A stretch of 62,441 bases of DNA, the filler included, from Streblomastix strix (Eukaryota), in assembly GCA_008636045.1 (NCBI GenBank). It is 4 parts of 4 records of this genome, joined end to end, with 100 filler letters (N's around TTAATTAATTAA, not from the genome) between each part and the next. Parts side by side here need not be neighbours in the genome. Positions count along the whole stretch, not along the records: positions 46,917 to 62,441 come from SNRW01000972.1; 3 more parts are not named here. One strand, written 5' to 3'. The notes under the pieces are model-generated. The model had not been told where the DNA came from. It was given only the letters and a program-made list of their open reading frames with translations, and did not search any database. A program made the translations under genes and the position numbers. Shown in pieces: positions 58,154 to 62,441 of this stretch; the first letter of the stretch is position 1, and each line of letters starts with the position of its first letter.

Positions 58154-58615
58154 TTAACTCAAAAACTGAAAAAAAAACAGAAAAATATTAAAAATGGCAA
58201 ATTCGCTCCAATAATGGAGTTAAAATTCAAAAAATGTAAGAATATAAATTTAATAAAAATTTTTAAAATTTTTAAATAAAATTTTTCAACTAAACTCTAT
58301 TGGTGCGTTTTTTAAATGATTTGCAAATATTTTTAGAAGTTGAAAATTGCTTCCCAATATCTAAGAGTTTAAACGACATTATTTTATAATTATTTACATC
58401 ATTTCTTATTTCATATTTAAAATAACAACTTAAATATTCTCAAAATTATAACAATTTGTAAAATATTATTACAAATATTGCAAAAAAATATAAATAATAA
58501 AACATCAAAATGATTTAAATCTGATTTAAATTTGATTTAATTCTCAAATTTCATTTCTTCATAGTCTATTTCATTTCTTCATTCAAATATTTCATCTTCA
58601 TCATTCATTCACTAA

Positions 58616-59995
58616 TCATCCATACAACAACTATTTCTACTTCTTCAGTTGAGCTCCAAAAACTCCTGAATCCAAGAACCCCATAATTGCGAATATTCCC
58701 CCCAAATAAGGCACTCAGATTTATCACATGGTGGAAGAATGACTGTTTTCGCTCACTGGTCACAACACGCATTGGCGTCAGGTCGAAGAAGATGTAAAAA
58801 CCTGGATGGATTTAATTAATTAATTAATTATATATGAAAAATTTTAATTGGGAGTGATTATTTTATATATAAAAAGAGGAAAATTATTAATAATTATCAA
58901 TTATTCTTTATATTCATTGAATATTTCAATATTAATTAATTTATATTATAATATTATTTAAAATCTAAATTAATTATAATTAATAAAATATAATTATAAT
59001 TAATATAAATTAATTTAATATATTCTTGAAGCATTTATTATTCCATGTATATTGCATCCTCCGCGATCTTTGCCCAAGAATATCTCATTAAAAGTCATTC
59101 TATATTCATATCAATAAATAACATATTATAAATATGATTGGTATATAAATATATAATAAATAAATAAATTTGAATTAAATTATTATTTTTCAAATTAGTA
59201 AATAATTTATATTTACATTTAATTCATACTTATCGCATAATGGGTTGAAAAGATCATTTTCGAAATCGAGTTGTGCTTTTTTGTATGCAGCAATAAGATC
59301 ATCACATGTATTGCAGCACATTTCACCTTTCTATATTATTTATATAAATAATATATATGAAATATATATAATTAAAAATAAATGAAATAAATTAATAAAT
59401 AATATAAATTCAAAATATTAATAAAATATAAATAATTAAATTAAATACAAATAAATGAATAACTATAATTAAGTCAATATTTCATCAGCTTCACCGCAGC
59501 TGTTACATTCTCCTTTCTATTTCGATTTCATTGTTTTTCTTTATTCAGCTTATTTTTCATGTTAGATGTGTTTTTCTACTGAAATGAATGATTGAATTAT
59601 AAAAAAATATATAAAAATAATATAATTTATTAATTAAAATATATTAATTCAATTTAATTTCATACTTTCAATTTAATTGATGATGTTTTTTTACCTTCTT
59701 TGTTGATATTATGTTTGTGAATATTATGAACAACATTCGCTGTTCGATTTTCATTCTTGTCAAGTAAATCAACTGCTAAGATTATTATTAATAATAATAA
59801 AATAAATAATTATATTTTATATTTAAATTTAAATTTAAATTTAAATTCAATATAAATTTCAATTAAAAAAATAAACAAACATTTGCATTCAACATGTGGG
59901 AAAGAAACATCGAAATTGAAATTAATTACAGCTAATTTTTTTTATAAGCACGCATTTATTTCGAAATGGGGTTTTACAGTAAAAATAAACAGAAT
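58616..59995 (-). pseudogene. ERGIC3: ERGIC3/Erv46-like gene, missing the N-terminus and a central part
   Basis: INFNFDVSFPHVEC..LAVDLLD..CNSCGEA..CCNTCDDLIAAY..GGCNIHG, then GFYIFFDLTPMRVV..SFFHHVINLSALFGGIFAIMGFLD-TGA. Confidence 0.75.
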
Positions 59996-61037
59996 TGAAC
60001 TATTAATTTGTATTATATTTATTAATATTCTATTATTTTAAAACAAATTAAGTCAACTGATAACAGAAAGTAGTATTTGAATTGAAAAACGGTGTTTGAA
60101 AAAATAAAAATCTTCGCTTCTTCTCCTAATTTCTTATTATATTATTCACATTTAATAAAATTTATAAAAGAAAATATAAATAAATTAATATTTATATAAA
60201 TTTTTCATTTTAAAACAATAACAAAAGCAAAATCAATTATTTATTAAATTTTGTGTTTTATTCAACGATTAATGATTAAATTATAAAAAAAATATAAAAA
60301 ATTGAAAAATAAATAATTGAATTAATGTTAATTAGCATTGTCAGCATGGTTCGATAAATATACGCCACAAACGGCGATTCAACCGCTGATCTTCCCCATC
60401 AGCCAAAAAACTTGTGTTTATAAAAAAAATTAGCTGTAATTATATTTTCTTATTATTTAATTCTTAATTTCCTCTATTCAATATAATTCATTTCCTCCTT
60501 GTCTCAATCTTAATATACCTTAAGGTATAATTCCTGATGATAATTATGATTATTAAGAAGGAAACGAAATAATTCATCACTTAACTACTTTATCTTAACG
60601 ATTGTACGTGATAATCATAATAATTCAAGTTCAAATTATATCAATGAAATATTAAATTAAATAAATATTCTACTATATCATTATTTAGATGTAAAACATC
60701 CTTAATTAATTTGAAAATTTCAGATTTTATTTATTGAACATCATTTTAATTTGGATTAATATGTATGATGTGATAAGATAGAAAAGAGAATAAATGTATC
60801 TTCAGATCTACTCAACAAATTAATTAAATTAATTTAATTTTCTTTTTATATTTATTATAACTATAATTTTTTACATAGAATTACTACTAAATTAAAATTA
60901 TTTGAATAAACTGCTAGAAATAACGATTAAATATAAACAGGAAGTTAATATGTATGATTAAGAAGATACATATACCTACTTTTATAACTAATCATTATTT
61001 ATTAATCAACACAAATTCATTATTCCTGATTTGTATT

Positions 61038-61493
61038 TCAAACTTTGAACTCTTTAAGTTTATTGTTCAACTGTTTCAATTTTCTGAAATTTGCTTCTCC
61101 ATAGATCTATGCAATATCTTCTATCCCTTAGCAGATATTAATGAATTCATTTACTCTATCATAATGGCAACCTATACTTATTATTGTGAGTGATATATAT
61201 GTTTCATATTTTTGGCCTTTAAGATACTATCCACTTAATCTAGAAACACATTATCCAAGATAAAAGAGAGCATTTTCAATCCCTTCTGCTACTGATGCAA
61301 GTTTACCCAACAAAATTCTTGGTGTTTCACTTTTCAATTTATTCTTTAGTACAGTTTTTATTGATGTTTGCAATTTCATCATTTAATCATAAATAGGTTG
61401 CATGCATGCTCTAGCTTTTTATTTTCTTTGTTTAAGGGCAACATCATAATCTTAATAGTAGATATTTAAGCCTTTCTTATTGATTTTGCTCAT
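61038..61493 (-). CDS. Hypothetical protein (~150 aa), possibly a terminal exon
   Basis: Open frame MSKINKKGLNIYYQDY...EFKV-TGA under TAA/TAG=Gln, with an acceptor-like TAG just upstream. Confidence 0.35.
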
Positions 61494-61660
61494 AGCTATG
61501 TAAAATATGAAAAAAAAGTAAAATTAGATTTTATCTAAAATCAACTAATTAAAACATATAAATTACATTGTTCTCTGGAATAAATTAAAAATTATAATAG
61601 ATTAATACAATATTTTTGACTGTATGGTAAATGATATTAGTATTCAAAATTCAGAAATTC

Positions 61661-62441
61661 TTTGTAGTTATCTCCATAGGAGACTCTTGCTTCACCTTTT
61701 TATTTTGAGATTGCCAAATGGGCCGCTGGGACTGGGTGCTCCGTTGAGCTGCCCATCCATATGGGTCGGCCATGTATAAAAATACAAAAAGAAAGCGTTA
61801 AAGTTATTGCTTGAAGTGCCAATACTGGTTTTCTGTGACTAAAAAGGTCCCAGGCGAGGTGATATACAAAAGTAATCAAGTGATGTGAGGGTAAAAAATT
61901 AAAAGAGAAACCTGCTCCCCTTAGTTTGATCTTATAGGAGTAAGGAAAAGAGAAATTTTGTTCTAAAAATTATGTATGATATTTATAAAAAACCTCACAC
62001 TGACGTATTCTCATTCATGACTTCTAATTCATCATTTCTAAGCCCCAACAGTTGTTACTCGATCAGAATCCTTTGTCATACTTGAGTTCTAAGCTTTATC
62101 TTGTGGTTTGATATCTTAAACATCCTTCTACATTTGCGAATTCTAGGCATTTGCACTCTCGTGATCGTTCGGAGACTCTGCTTCAACGATGGGTTGTGAT
62201 GAAATGATTGGGAGGGAAAGAGGTGAAGCAAGAGTCTCCTATGGATATAACTACAAATCATCTCATTACGGAGATTATTGTAGTCCATCTCCGTCGGAGA
62301 CTCTTGCATCACCTCTTTATTTTGAGACAATCTAAGTAGCTTGCTTCATGCCGTGATTCTTTACGAGTGCAGATGCTATAGAATCCTGCTCCTTGTTCAC
62401 AGCAAAGACATAGAACTTGTTGTTCATCTTTGAGTCTGGGG
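61661..62441 (-). mobile_element. 3' end of a third DIRS family: YR C-terminus, ICR (62217-62328) and right ITR (61661-61710)
   Basis: 62217-62257 is the reverse complement of 61661-61700, and 62280-62328 is a diverged direct copy. The minus frame PDSKMNNKFYVFAVNKEQDSIASALVKNHG resembles a DIRS YR tail. Confidence 0.8.

Noticed and set aside
60335..60415. Isolated GC-richer 80-mer, possible ncRNA or tRNA
   Set aside because: No cloverleaf, box C/D or snRNA motifs. It is more likely an orphan exon fragment.

Overview
This is very AT-rich, intron-rich EUKARYOTIC DNA that reads TAA/TAG as Gln and uses TGA as the stop, so the supplied standard-code ORF track is mostly shadow or fragment ORFs. 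The code, the ~60-200 nt GT-AG introns and the abundant DIRS elements fit an oxymonad such as Streblomastix (inference). The window is four unrelated contigs (1-15546, 15647-31188, 31289-46816, 46917-62441) joined by N-TTAATTAATTAA-N linkers. Contig 1 holds an internally deleted DIRS tyrosine-recombinase retrotransposon with both ITRs and the ICR, an NDR kinase flanked by a ~390-bp inverted repeat, and a degenerate 'ISTxGG..EEEGG' family gene. Contig 2 holds a giant HECT E3 ligase (possible dead kinase N-lobe, UBZ-like fingers) and the 3' half of RPB1 with 19 tandem YSP(T/S)SPA-type heptads. Contig 3 holds a bacterial-type PLP enzyme, HAUS7/AUG7 (whose frame has no stop before the PLP gene), an NPF-rich EEEGG-family protein, a PSI-domain membrane protein, a repeat+SPRY-like protein and a second DIRS (gag, RT, RNase H, methyltransferase-like, YR). 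Contig 4 holds a huge Q/N-rich protein, LST8, a coiled-coil+SPRY-like protein, an internally truncated ERGIC3/Erv46 and the 3' end of a third DIRS. All gene models are manual translations and the exon boundaries are approximate.
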